A DNA stretch of 64,000 bases from Ostreococcus lucimarinus (Eukaryota), in assembly GCA_000092065.1 (NCBI GenBank), contig CP000588.1. One strand, given 5' to 3'. A program made the translations under genes and the position numbers. This document shows positions 50,452 through 59,171 of this stretch, piece after piece. A model generated the notes under the pieces. That model had not been told where the DNA came from. It did no database searches and saw nothing but the letters and a program-made list of their open reading frames with translations. Numbering within the stretch: position 1 is the first letter of the stretch; each line of letters opens with the position of its first letter.

Positions 50452-52453
50452 ATGAGCGCGCGCCGCGACGTCGACGCGCGTCACGCGTCGACGTCCGAAA
50501 AGGTGCGCCACGCGATGCCGCGCGAGTCCGCGCCGCGCCGCGCCGCGCCGCGCGCGCGAACCGTCGACTGACGCGCGATACCGACGACGGCAGGATTCCG
50601 AAAGAAAACCGTCGCGAACGACGACGGCGGACATCGCGAGCGCGCCGACGTTCCGTCCGACGCTCGAGGAGTTCGCGGACCCGATCGCGTACCTGTCGTC
50701 GATCGAGGCGCGCGCGCGCGAAGCGGGGATATGCAAGGTGATACCGCCGCGAGGCGCGGCGCCGAGGTGGAACGGCGAGGCGTGGAGGCGAGACGACGCG
50801 CGATTCGAGACGAAATTGCAGAACGTACACTCGCTGAGCGAGGGAAGGACGTTTCAGTTCGGGAAGGAGTACGCGAAAGGGGAGTACGAGGCGATGGCGA
50901 AGGCGTATGAGGAACGGTGGGCGAAGGAACGTCCGGACGTCGACGCGAACGACGCGAACGCGCTGGAGCGAGCGTTTTGGGATATGGTGGAGACGCGGAG
51001 CGAGCAGGCGCGAGTCGAGTACGGGAATGATTTAGATACCAAGATTTTCGGTACCGGGTTCGGGGTGGACGAAAACGGGGAGAAGCATCCGTGGGATTTC
51101 GAGCATTTGTACTCGCATCCGCTTAATTTATTGCGCGTCGTCGAGCACGACATTCCGGGACTCACCAAGCCTTGGTTGTATCTTGGCATGCTTTTCGCCA
51201 CGTTTTGCTGGCACGTTGAGGATCATTTCTTGTGTTCGCTTAACTATTTGCATCGCGGGGCGGCGAAGACGTGGTACGGTGTGCCAGGAAGCGACGCGGA
51301 GGCGTTCGAGAATTGCGCTCGGGCGACGGTGCCGCGCCTATTCGAGCAAGCGCCAGATATTTTACATCAAATCGTCACGATCGTCCCACCTGGAGTATTG
51401 GTAGATCATGGCGTCAAGGTCGTGCACACGGTGCAACAGCCTGGGGAGTTTGTCGTGACGTTCCCTCGTGCTTACCACGCCGGGTTTTCCCACGGTTTCA
51501 ACGTCGCCGAAGCGGTGAACTTCGGTCATGTCAACTGGCTCGATTTCGGCCGTCGAGCCATCGACGTGTACAGCACCGGATCGTTCAAACGCAACGCCGT
51601 GTTTGCACATCATCGCCTCGTTTCGCGCGCCGCCGAAACCTTCGTCGAAGTTCTGGGTAAGAACGCTCGACTGGTGAAGAGTAAAGCCATGGGCGCCATC
51701 GTATCGACGCTTCGCAAGGAGCTCGAAACGATTTTGAGCGATGAAGAAATTTATCGTGCCTCCCTCGTGCGTCGTGGATTGAACATAGAAATCGTTCAAG
51801 CACCTAACGAGGACGACGATGCGTGCTGTATTCGCTGCAAAGCGATGCCGTTTCTCTCCGTCGTGCGATGCAAGTGTCTACCGACGGCGGTGCGATGCCT
51901 TCGACACGCCATGGACGCTTGTGATTGCGCGGCGGGGGAGAGAACCTTAGAGATTCGCGTGGTTGATTCACGACTTCGCGAGCTCATTAAAGCACTGTTC
52001 TTCGGTGACGGCATACAAACCAAGAACGACGCCGCGAAAGCGCGCGTAGATTTCTCGGCCAATGTGAACAGAGTCGCCGTCAATCGAGCGCCGCCGCCCA
52101 AGCCGAAAGTCGTCCTTCCAAAGCCGAAAACCGTAAAACCGCCGCCGACGCGAGCGGTACTCGCGTCTCCACCCCCCACGCGCATCGTCGCATCGAAAGC
52201 CGACGATGCTTTCACCGCGCGCGGTCTTCCGCGCAAGCGAGCCAAGTGCGAAACCCGGCGGCGCTGGACCGCCGAGATGGTCGCCGACTTCGAAGTCGCC
52301 GTCGAGCGCCTGGGCGGCGTCGACGCGGCGACGGGCAAAAAGCTCGCCGAAGCGTTATCCGCGCACGACGTCACGCGAGACCAATGCGCGAGTCGCTTGC
52401 AAAAGCACCGCGAGAAAATCAAATCAAACGCGGACGCGCGCGCAACCTTGTAA
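50452..52453 (+). CDS. JmjN/JmjC histone lysine demethylase (KDM5/JMJ14-like) with a C5HC2 zinc finger and a C-terminal Myb/SANT-like motif; a short 5' exon is proposed
   Basis: JmjN APTFRPTLEEFADPIAYLSSIEARAREAGICKVIPP. JmjC WLYLGMLFATFCWHVEDHFLCSLNYLHRGAAKTWYGVPG...VVTFPRAYHAGFSHGFNVAEAVNF. zf-C5HC2 CIRCKAMPFLSVVRCKC...C. The main frame is open from 50456 with no ATG. Proposed: exon 1 50452..50502 (MSARRDVDARHASTSEK), intron 50503..50593, exon 2 50594..52453. Confidence 0.75.
50503..50593 (+). other. Putative short intron (91 nt) at the 5' end of the JmjC gene
   Basis: AAG|GTGCGC donor, CTGAC branch motif 22 nt before the CGGCAG| acceptor. It joins the only in-frame-compatible ATG (50452) to the JmjN frame. 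Unverified. Confidence 0.3.
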
Positions 52454-52489
52454 TGTTATTCCCTCGCCCCGCGCAGCGCGCGTTACAGC

Positions 52490-54166
52490 ATGGCGTCCAA
52501 ACGACCCCGCGGCGACGCCACCGACGCGTCCACGCCTCGAGCGCGCGTCTCCGAGGAAGACGCGCGCGCCCCAGTCTCCCTCAAGTCCCTGCTCGAGCGA
52601 TGGAACCTCGGCGACGTCGTAAACACCGCCGGCGTGTCGCGTCGAATAAAGTGTCGACTCGTCCCGGTGTGTCGAACGAAGGACGACGAGCGCGCGCGCA
52701 TCGCTCGAGGCGAGCCGGTGATATGCGCGAGCGCAGAGTACGCGTCCGAAGTGTTCGACGCGATCGGGACGGCGCGCGACGGCCTCGCGTGGGCGACGCG
52801 GTCGAGTTTCTCAAACTTTGACGCCGAGCGCGGCAAGGTGGCCATGCGAAGCGGTTGGGGCGCGCCGGGGACGCACGTGCTGAGCAATCGAGACATGACG
52901 ATCGTGACGTCGTTCGCCGAGGTCGTCGACCCGGCGAATGAAAAGCCGCTGAATTTACAAATGTTTCATCGCGAGGACACCGCGGTGCCGGTGTTGTCGA
53001 GGAAATTGAAGTGGCCGAGCGAGGAGGAATTTTTTGGAATCGAAGGCGAAGACGCGCCGGGGAGGCTTTTAGACGACGCGACGCGCGTGAGCGCGAGAGG
53101 GGCGATGACGTGGTGGCACTTGGATGACTGTGGGGAGTTTGTGTGTCAAGTCGGGTTGCCCGAGGCGGGGGAGGCGGCGGAGGACGTGTTGCTCGGGCCG
53201 ACGGGGAAACCCGTGGTGAAGTTGTTCATTTTCGCCCAGAGGAAAGACTACGCGTGGGTGGCGCAAGACGCAGAGATGAATAAATCTTACAAAAATTGCG
53301 CACTGGATCTTTTCGATACGCCGGATCATTATTATCCCACGGCGAGCGAGATGTGCCACCCATCGAGCGCGCCGCTTGACGTTTCGTCGCCAAAGGCGTT
53401 CGACGGCGCCGCGACGAGCGACGACGCCGAAGATCCATGTCCAACGTTTTGGGTCGCTCCGCTCGAGGCTGGAGGGCCACCTTTATTATCACCTCCCAAT
53501 ATCATACACTGTGTGCTCACCGTACGCGACTGCGTGATGTGTGAAGAGCGCCGGCTTTCGCTGGCGTACATGGATGAAGTGTTGTACTTTCAGCGACGCG
53601 CGGCGAGATGGTGCGAACCACCCATCTTCTACGCTTTCGTTCGTGAAGATTTGAGCGACACGGAGAAGGCTAGGTCGAACGCGATGCGGCCACTCGTGAA
53701 GATGCTGAATGACTTGAAGCGCGTTGGCGCGACAGACGGCGACGCGTATCGCTTTGCGCGGTGTTTAACGTCGTTGCGAGTTTTGGCGAATCATTCGCCC
53801 GAATTCTACGCACTCGACGCAGATGGCGTCGCCGAGGCTCGTAAAAGCATCGACAAGCTCGAGTCTTGGTTGGCTGACGACTCAAACTGTGAGTTCGTCG
53901 AGAAAATTCAAGCCGCGGTAAAGGCGGATCCGCGAGCGGTGGAGGACGCAGAACTCGCAGAGTCTATGATGAGCGAAACACTTGGCGTGCTCAATCTCGC
54001 CGACGGACGATCGTGCGCCGTCGTTCACGAGCGTGGTCGACCTCGCTGGGGCCCGGTGCGCAACTCCAAGTCGCTCGTAGACAAGGACCGAAAAGATATG
54101 AAGAATGCGATTCGTTCGGGAACGCTCGACGCGCTTCTCCTCGCGTATCGCCGCGACATCATCTAA
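52490..54166 (+). CDS. Hypothetical protein, possibly a divergent cupin/JmjC-like fold
   Basis: MASKRPRGD start. Core AMTWWHLDDCGEFVCQVGL...GKPVVKLFIFAQRKD...PPNIIHCVLTVRDC resembles the JmjC strand pattern (compare FCWHVEDHFLCSLNY) but lacks clear Fe/2OG ligands. Confidence 0.35.
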   Translation: MASKRPRGDATDASTPRARVSEEDARAPVSLKSLLERWNLGDVVNTAGVSRRIKCRLVPVCRTKDDERARIARGEPVICASAEYASEVFDAIGTARDGLAWATRSSFSNFDAERGKVAMRSGWGAPGTHVLSNRDMTIVTSFAEVVDPANEKPLNLQMFHREDTAVPVLSRKLKWPSEEEFFGIEGEDAPGRLLDDATRVSARGAMTWWHLDDCGEFVCQVGLPEAGEAAEDVLLGPTGKPVVKLFIFAQRKDYAWVAQDAEMNKSYKNCALDLFDTPDHYYPTASEMCHPSSAPLDVSSPKAFDGAATSDDAEDPCPTFWVAPLEAGGPPLLSPPNIIHCVLTVRDCVMCEERRLSLAYMDEVLYFQRRAARWCEPPIFYAFVREDLSDTEKARSNAMRPLVKMLNDLKRVGATDGDAYRFARCLTSLRVLANHSPEFYALDADGVAEARKSIDKLESWLADDSNCEFVEKIQAAVKADPRAVEDAELAESMMSETLGVLNLADGRSCAVVHERGRPRWGPVRNSKSLVDKDRKDMKNAIRSGTLDALLLAYRRDII

Positions 54167-54185
54167 TCTAGAAACTAGCGATAGA

Positions 54186-55244
54186 CTACATATTAGAGCT
54201 ACTAGCTTTAGAAGCTTCGGCGCGCTCGAAAACATCGCGAACGAGCGCCGCAATTTCGTCGCCGTGACTGCGCAAGCCGTCGTGCGCGACGCCCGGAAGG
54301 ATGACGAAAAAATCACAATACCGTTCCCACGAGCGCACCACGCGACGCGGCGCGGCAAAATCACAGTCACCCTCAATCATGCCGCAATACCACGTCCGAT
54401 TCGCATCCTTCAAAACATCCATCGCGCCGTTTTCGTGGCCGTCCACGACGCAGTGCACCCAACACTCGGCGTCCAGGCGGCTCAAATGCGCGAAAAACGG
54501 CGCGAATGCCGCGTATGAACTCTTCAAATAGCCCAGCACTCGCGACAGCGCCCACACAAATCGAGGAAACGTCGCCGCGAAGCGAAGCGACGCCCCGACG
54601 ACGGCGCTCGTTGCTTTCAAACCGACGACGCGTTTCGCGATGGACACGACGACGTCGGCGCCTCGACGCCCGACGAGCCCGTCGAGAATGCGCTCGGGCG
54701 TCCCCAGCAAGCTCACGTGACAACGAATGACAGCAGGTCTGCATCGAATCATCTCGAGCGCCACCTGCGTGCCGTACGAGTACGACACCAAATCGACGTC
54801 TCGTTCGCGCTCGACGCCGCTCCTCGAGCAAAACTCATCGACGCACGCCCACGCATCCTTCGCGAACGCTTTCGCGCTCACGAGGGCGTAATCGCGTGGA
54901 TTCTCGCTGCACCCGTGCCCTCTGAAATCAAACTCCAGCGCGCATCGCCCGCGCGCGACGCACTCGTCCGCGAGGCGCACGAGCTGGAAATTTTCATTGC
55001 TCAGCCCGTTCACGAACACCGTGACGCCCGACGCGCGCGCGCCCGGACGGCGACCGCGGTAGGCGATCAACGTTCCATCCTCCCCGGGAACCCTTCCCGG
55101 GAACTCGCGCGCCATGCGCGGCGGTGTGCGGGCGTTCGTTTGGAAAATTGTTTGCCATGTTTTACAAGAAGAAGCGTCATACTCATACAAAAGTCGTGCG
55201 ACCGACGCCTCGGCGTCGATCGCGCATAAAAAGTACAGGCGCAT
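54186..55244 (-). CDS. Alpha/beta-hydrolase fold protein
   Basis: GVTVFVNGLSNEN...EFDFRGHGCS...DVDLVSYSYGTQVALEM (nucleophile elbow SYSYG)...DCDFAAP...PGVAHD (His). Its stop is 20 bp from the convergent upstream gene's stop. Confidence 0.6.
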   Translation of the reverse strand: MRLYFLCAIDAEASVARLLYEYDASSCKTWQTIFQTNARTPPRMAREFPGRVPGEDGTLIAYRGRRPGARASGVTVFVNGLSNENFQLVRLADECVARGRCALEFDFRGHGCSENPRDYALVSAKAFAKDAWACVDEFCSRSGVERERDVDLVSYSYGTQVALEMIRCRPAVIRCHVSLLGTPERILDGLVGRRGADVVVSIAKRVVGLKATSAVVGASLRFAATFPRFVWALSRVLGYLKSSYAAFAPFFAHLSRLDAECWVHCVVDGHENGAMDVLKDANRTWYCGMIEGDCDFAAPRRVVRSWERYCDFFVILPGVAHDGLRSHGDEIAALVRDVFERAEASKASSSNM

Positions 55245-55378
55245 TTCGCGCGCACATATTAATCCTCAACCATCATACACTCGCCGTCGCCGTCGCCGTC
55301 GCCGTCGTCGCCGCTCGTTCGCTCGTCTCGTCGCCGCGAGCGTCTCCGCGTCCGCGTCCGCGCGCGCGCCCGCCGTCC

Positions 55379-55753
55379 TCATCGCGCGCGTTCATCGTCG
55401 GAATCGCACGTCATCGTCCGCGTTTCGTCCTCGTCCGCGCTCTCTCGATCGCGTCGCCGCATCGACAGCGACACGACGTCTTCGCACCGCACGCGCGCCC
55501 TCGCGTGCGTCCCGAGCGCGCCTCGCAGCGCCTCCATCGCGAACGCTCGCTCGCGCGCGTCCACGCCCGCGAACCGCGCGTTCGCGCACGGCTCGCGATC
55601 GCCCACGAGCGTGATGTCGCACTCGCGTCCGACGAGATCGTCCCAGACGGCGAGCGCGCGCAGCTTGAGAAAGACGCGACACGCCGCGAGCGCGTCGGCG
55701 TCGTCGGCGTCGGCGTCGGCGGCGGCGGCGGCGCGCGCGCGCGTCGGACTCAT
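55379..55753 (-). CDS. Possible small hypothetical protein (uncertain)
   Basis: High-GC3 frame ...ACRVFLKLRALAVWDDLVGRECDITLVGDREPCANARFAGVDARERAFAMEALRGALG... in the 690-bp gap between the hydrolase and IspH. No domain recognised. Confidence 0.2.
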   Translation of the reverse strand: MSPTRARAAAAADADADDADALAACRVFLKLRALAVWDDLVGRECDITLVGDREPCANARFAGVDARERAFAMEALRGALGTHARARVRCEDVVSLSMRRRDRESADEDETRTMTCDSDDERAR

Positions 55754-55932
55754 GCGACGCGGCGGCGACGCGGGTCGGTCGTCGACGGCGATTCGCGCGC
55801 GCGGCGCGGAGTGCGGACGCGGCGGCGCGGCGCGAGGGCGCGATCGCGAAAAAGTGCACCGCGCGATTGACACGCTGGCGGTTGAGATATTTCGCGCGAC
55901 GGAGCGGCTTTGATTATATTATAAACGACGCG

Positions 55933-57303
55933 TTAACGCGAGACGGCGGACTCGAGGGCGCGCTTGGTGGCGAAGACGACGTCCATGACGTCCTCGACGA
56001 CCTTGTCCGGCGTGGACGCGCCCGAGGTGATGCCGATGACGACGTCGCCGGCGGGGAGCCAACCGTCGGTGGTGACGAGCTCGCCGTGGGCGAGCTTGTG
56101 GGAGATGGAGTTGGTGTCGGCGTTTAAGCGATCGGCGGTGTCGACCCAGTAGCTCGGAATGGCTTTGTCTTCGCTGATCTCTTGTAAGTGTTGGGTGTTG
56201 GAGGAGTTCAAGCCGCCGACGACGAGCATGATGTCGGGCTTGGCGTCGACGAGCTTGTACATGGCGTCTTGACGCTCTTGCGTCGCGTCGCAAATGGTGT
56301 CCATGACGACAAAGTGTTGGTCGACGTTTTCAACGCCGAATTTTTCCATCATGGTGGACTGGAACAACTTTCCGATCGCCTCGGTCTCGCCCTTGAGCAT
56401 GGTGGTCTGGTTGGCGATGCCGACGCCGTCGAGGTCTTCGTCGGGGTCGAAGCCTTGGGACATGGCGTTTTTAAACTTTTCCATAAACTCCGCCTTATCG
56501 CCGCCCTTCAAAATGTAATCGCGCACGTAGTTCGCTTCCCTCATATCCTTGACGATCAAGTACGTCGTCGCGAAACTCGCCGTCGCCACCGTCTCCTCGT
56601 GGCTATACTTGCCGTGAATGATCGACGTAAAGTCCTTTCGCTTGTGCGTGTCCACGGCGTTCCAAACCTTGCTCACCCACGGGCACGTCGTATCGACGAT
56701 GTTCGCCCCTTTATCCGCCAGAAACTTCATCTCGTGCACACTCGCGCCGAACGCGGGCAAAATAACCACCTCTCCGCGCTTCACTCCACTGAAATCCTTT
56801 CCGTCGCTCGTCTCCTCGACAAAGTTCACCCCCATCTCGCTCAGCCGGTCGTTCACCGTCGGGTTGTGAATGATTTCATTCGTGATCCACAGCTTCGCCT
56901 CCGGGAACTGTTTCCTCGCCTCGTACGCCATCTGCACCGCGCGTTCGACGCCCCAGCAGAACCCGTACGCGTCCGCCAGCTTAAACGTGATCCCGTCCTC
57001 GACGTACGACAACCCGTTCTCCTTCATCTTCGCCACCAACCCAGTCTTGCTGTACGAGATCCCATCGTTCGCCATCTTCGTCGCCGCCTCTTCGTCGTTC
57101 AGGAACTTTCGGCTGTACTGCGACGTTCGTCCGAGGTCACGGCGGTACTCTCGCGGGTCGAACGGCAGATTCGGCGCCGCGTTCGTGCGCGTCGTCGTCG
57201 CGCGTCGCGTCGAGGGCGTCTTGATTCGCGATCCATTCGCGCGCGCGTCGGGCGCGCGACCGATCGCGGCGGTCGCGGACGTCGGTGAGCGGTGCGCGAG
57301 CAT
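55933..57303 (-). CDS. ISPH: 4-hydroxy-3-methylbut-2-enyl diphosphate reductase (IspH/HDR), plastid MEP pathway, plant type
   Basis: LADAYGFCWGVERAVQMAYEARKQFP, ITNEIIHNPTVN, NIVDTTCPWVSKVW, IIHGKYSHEETVATASFA, GIANQTTMLKGETEAIGKLF, MLVVGGLNSSNTQHL; conserved Cys ligands and the plant-type N-terminal extension. Confidence 0.9.
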   Translation of the reverse strand: MLAHRSPTSATAAIGRAPDARANGSRIKTPSTRRATTTRTNAAPNLPFDPREYRRDLGRTSQYSRKFLNDEEAATKMANDGISYSKTGLVAKMKENGLSYVEDGITFKLADAYGFCWGVERAVQMAYEARKQFPEAKLWITNEIIHNPTVNDRLSEMGVNFVEETSDGKDFSGVKRGEVVILPAFGASVHEMKFLADKGANIVDTTCPWVSKVWNAVDTHKRKDFTSIIHGKYSHEETVATASFATTYLIVKDMREANYVRDYILKGGDKAEFMEKFKNAMSQGFDPDEDLDGVGIANQTTMLKGETEAIGKLFQSTMMEKFGVENVDQHFVVMDTICDATQERQDAMYKLVDAKPDIMLVVGGLNSSNTQHLQEISEDKAIPSYWVDTADRLNADTNSISHKLAHGELVTTDGWLPAGDVVIGITSGASTPDKVVEDVMDVVFATKRALESAVSR

Positions 57304-57579
57304 CGTTTGCGTGCGCGCGCGCGCGCTGCGACTGAAGAGTGCGGTTCGGACGCGTGCGCGCGCGAATGGCGACGCGGATCCGCGTTATCCACGAGACGGC
57401 TGTTTTCGCCATCATTTGGCGAAATCTCTCGGCGCCGACGGCGCCGCCGCGGACGATGGACGCGCGACGCGCGCGGACGCGCGCGGACGCGACGCGCGAC
57501 GCTAATCTACACGCAATGTTATTACACGATCGAACGACGCGCGCTCGAGCGACGACGACGACGGACCGCCGTCGTCGGA

Positions 57580-57972
57580 CTACCGCGACGCCGCGCCGGC
57601 GGCGCGCGCGGGCACGACGACGGCGACCGCCAGCGCCTCGTTCCTCGGCCGCTCCCACTGCACGAGCCCGGTGTGCATGTTCCAATAATACGGAATCTTC
57701 TCCGCGGTCTCGCTCCTGAGCTCGCGCCAGCCGTCGGGCAGCGTCGGGGATTCGACGACGTCCGCGCGAAGCGTTCGCGTCCGCGTCCCCTTGAGCTCGC
57801 GCGGGCACTCCCACTGCACCGTCCCGCGCTCGATCTTATCGAAGTAGTACCGTCGTCCGTCGCGCGTGATCGCCTGTCCCCAGCGCTGCTCGGCTCGTCG
57901 CAGGCGCTCGGCGTCGCGCTTTTCCGCCTCGGCGACGTTCGCGATGGCTTTGGCGCGGCGAATGAGCGCCAT
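57580..57972 (-). CDS. Small protein with two WW domains
   Basis: MALIRRAKAIANVAEAEKRDAERLRRAEQRWGQAITRDGRRYYFDKIERGTVQWECP (WW1) ...LPDGWRELRSETAEKIPYYWNMHTGLVQWERP (WW2). It forms the 3' end of the artefactual 524-aa ORF 57580..59154. Confidence 0.55.
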   Translation of the reverse strand: MALIRRAKAIANVAEAEKRDAERLRRAEQRWGQAITRDGRRYYFDKIERGTVQWECPRELKGTRTRTLRADVVESPTLPDGWRELRSETAEKIPYYWNMHTGLVQWERPRNEALAVAVVVPARAAGAASR

Positions 57973-58197
57973 GAAATCTTCGTCGTTCGCGTCGGTCGCG
58001 TCGTTCGCGTCGTTCGCGTCGTTCGCGTCGTCGCGGGACGCGCTCGCGCGCGCGTCGCTCGCGTCGCGCGCGTCGTCGCCCATCGCGCGCGCGGGCGTCG
58101 CGAGCGACGCGTCGAGGATTGACGTTCGATTCGCGCGCGCGCCGGCACACGCGCGCGCGCGACGTCGCGCGTCGGCGTCCCGAGCGCGCGAAGCGCC

Positions 58198-59127
58198 ATG
58201 TTGCGCCTCGCGCGGCGCGTCGCCGACCGCGCGTCGACGTCCGCGCGCGGCGTCGCGGCGACGTCGGAGGCGCGATCGATCTTTACCCTCGGCGTTCGCG
58301 ACGGCGCGCGCGCGTTCGCGACGACGACGGACGCGGACGCGCGCGAGGCGACGGAGACGCCCGAGGCGCGCGCGCGACGAACGATGCGGGACGGCGCGCG
58401 AAAGGTTCGGGAGGCGGCGGACGCGGGCGGGGCGCGCGGGGAGAGCTGGGGCTGGGTGTACGACTTGACGGAGAGCGGCGAGACGGCGGAACGGTGGGTG
58501 AATCAAGCGAACGCGCGGCTGAGCGATCGAGCGAAGACGCAGATGTACGCGATGCACGGAGAAGATCCGGTGACGTGGAGCGTGGACGCGTTGGCGGCGA
58601 AGTATCGCGTTCGAAAGCAACGCGTCGGGGCGATTTTGGCGCTGAAACGAAGAGAGGAGGAGGCTGTCAAGGCGAATAGGACGCTGTTTCACGACACGGA
58701 GGCGGCGATGGAGCGAGCGAGTGGAAGCGTGGACATCGGAACGGGGGAGCGACACGTCGCGGACGTGCCGACGATGCCGCAGTTTCAAACGGTGAGCGCT
58801 TTTGATCACGGACGAGACGCCAAGCCGAAACGTTTCGTCGAGGCGAGCGAATTGGCGCGCAAACAAGAGCGGGTTTTGGTTCGAGAGTTTTTCGAACGCT
58901 TGGAGTATAACGTGGGTGAACGCGGACAAGGTTTGCGACGCGTTAGTAGGCGTGCAAGCGCGCCGCCGCGGCCCGAGGGTGGATACGCGCTGCACGTCAC
59001 GCCTCTCGGCGACACAAACATCGAACCGTACGTGGCGTACAAAGACGGAACCCAGCGTCCGCTTAATGACGATGAGGCCGAGCATGCCCGGCAAAAGACG
59101 CCTAAGCGCCGTCGTCGCATCATCTAG
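58198..59127 (+). CDS. Hypothetical protein with a mitochondrial-presequence-like N-terminus
   Basis: MLRLARRVADRASTSARGVAATSEARSIF... then GWVYDLTESGETAERWVNQANARLSD..., ending KTPKRRRRII. No family recognised. Confidence 0.4.
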   Translation: MLRLARRVADRASTSARGVAATSEARSIFTLGVRDGARAFATTTDADAREATETPEARARRTMRDGARKVREAADAGGARGESWGWVYDLTESGETAERWVNQANARLSDRAKTQMYAMHGEDPVTWSVDALAAKYRVRKQRVGAILALKRREEEAVKANRTLFHDTEAAMERASGSVDIGTGERHVADVPTMPQFQTVSAFDHGRDAKPKRFVEASELARKQERVLVREFFERLEYNVGERGQGLRRVSRRASAPPRPEGGYALHVTPLGDTNIEPYVAYKDGTQRPLNDDEAEHARQKTPKRRRRII

Positions 59128-59171
59128 AAGTAGAAGCTCAATATATTTCAACATTCACAACATCTTCGGCG

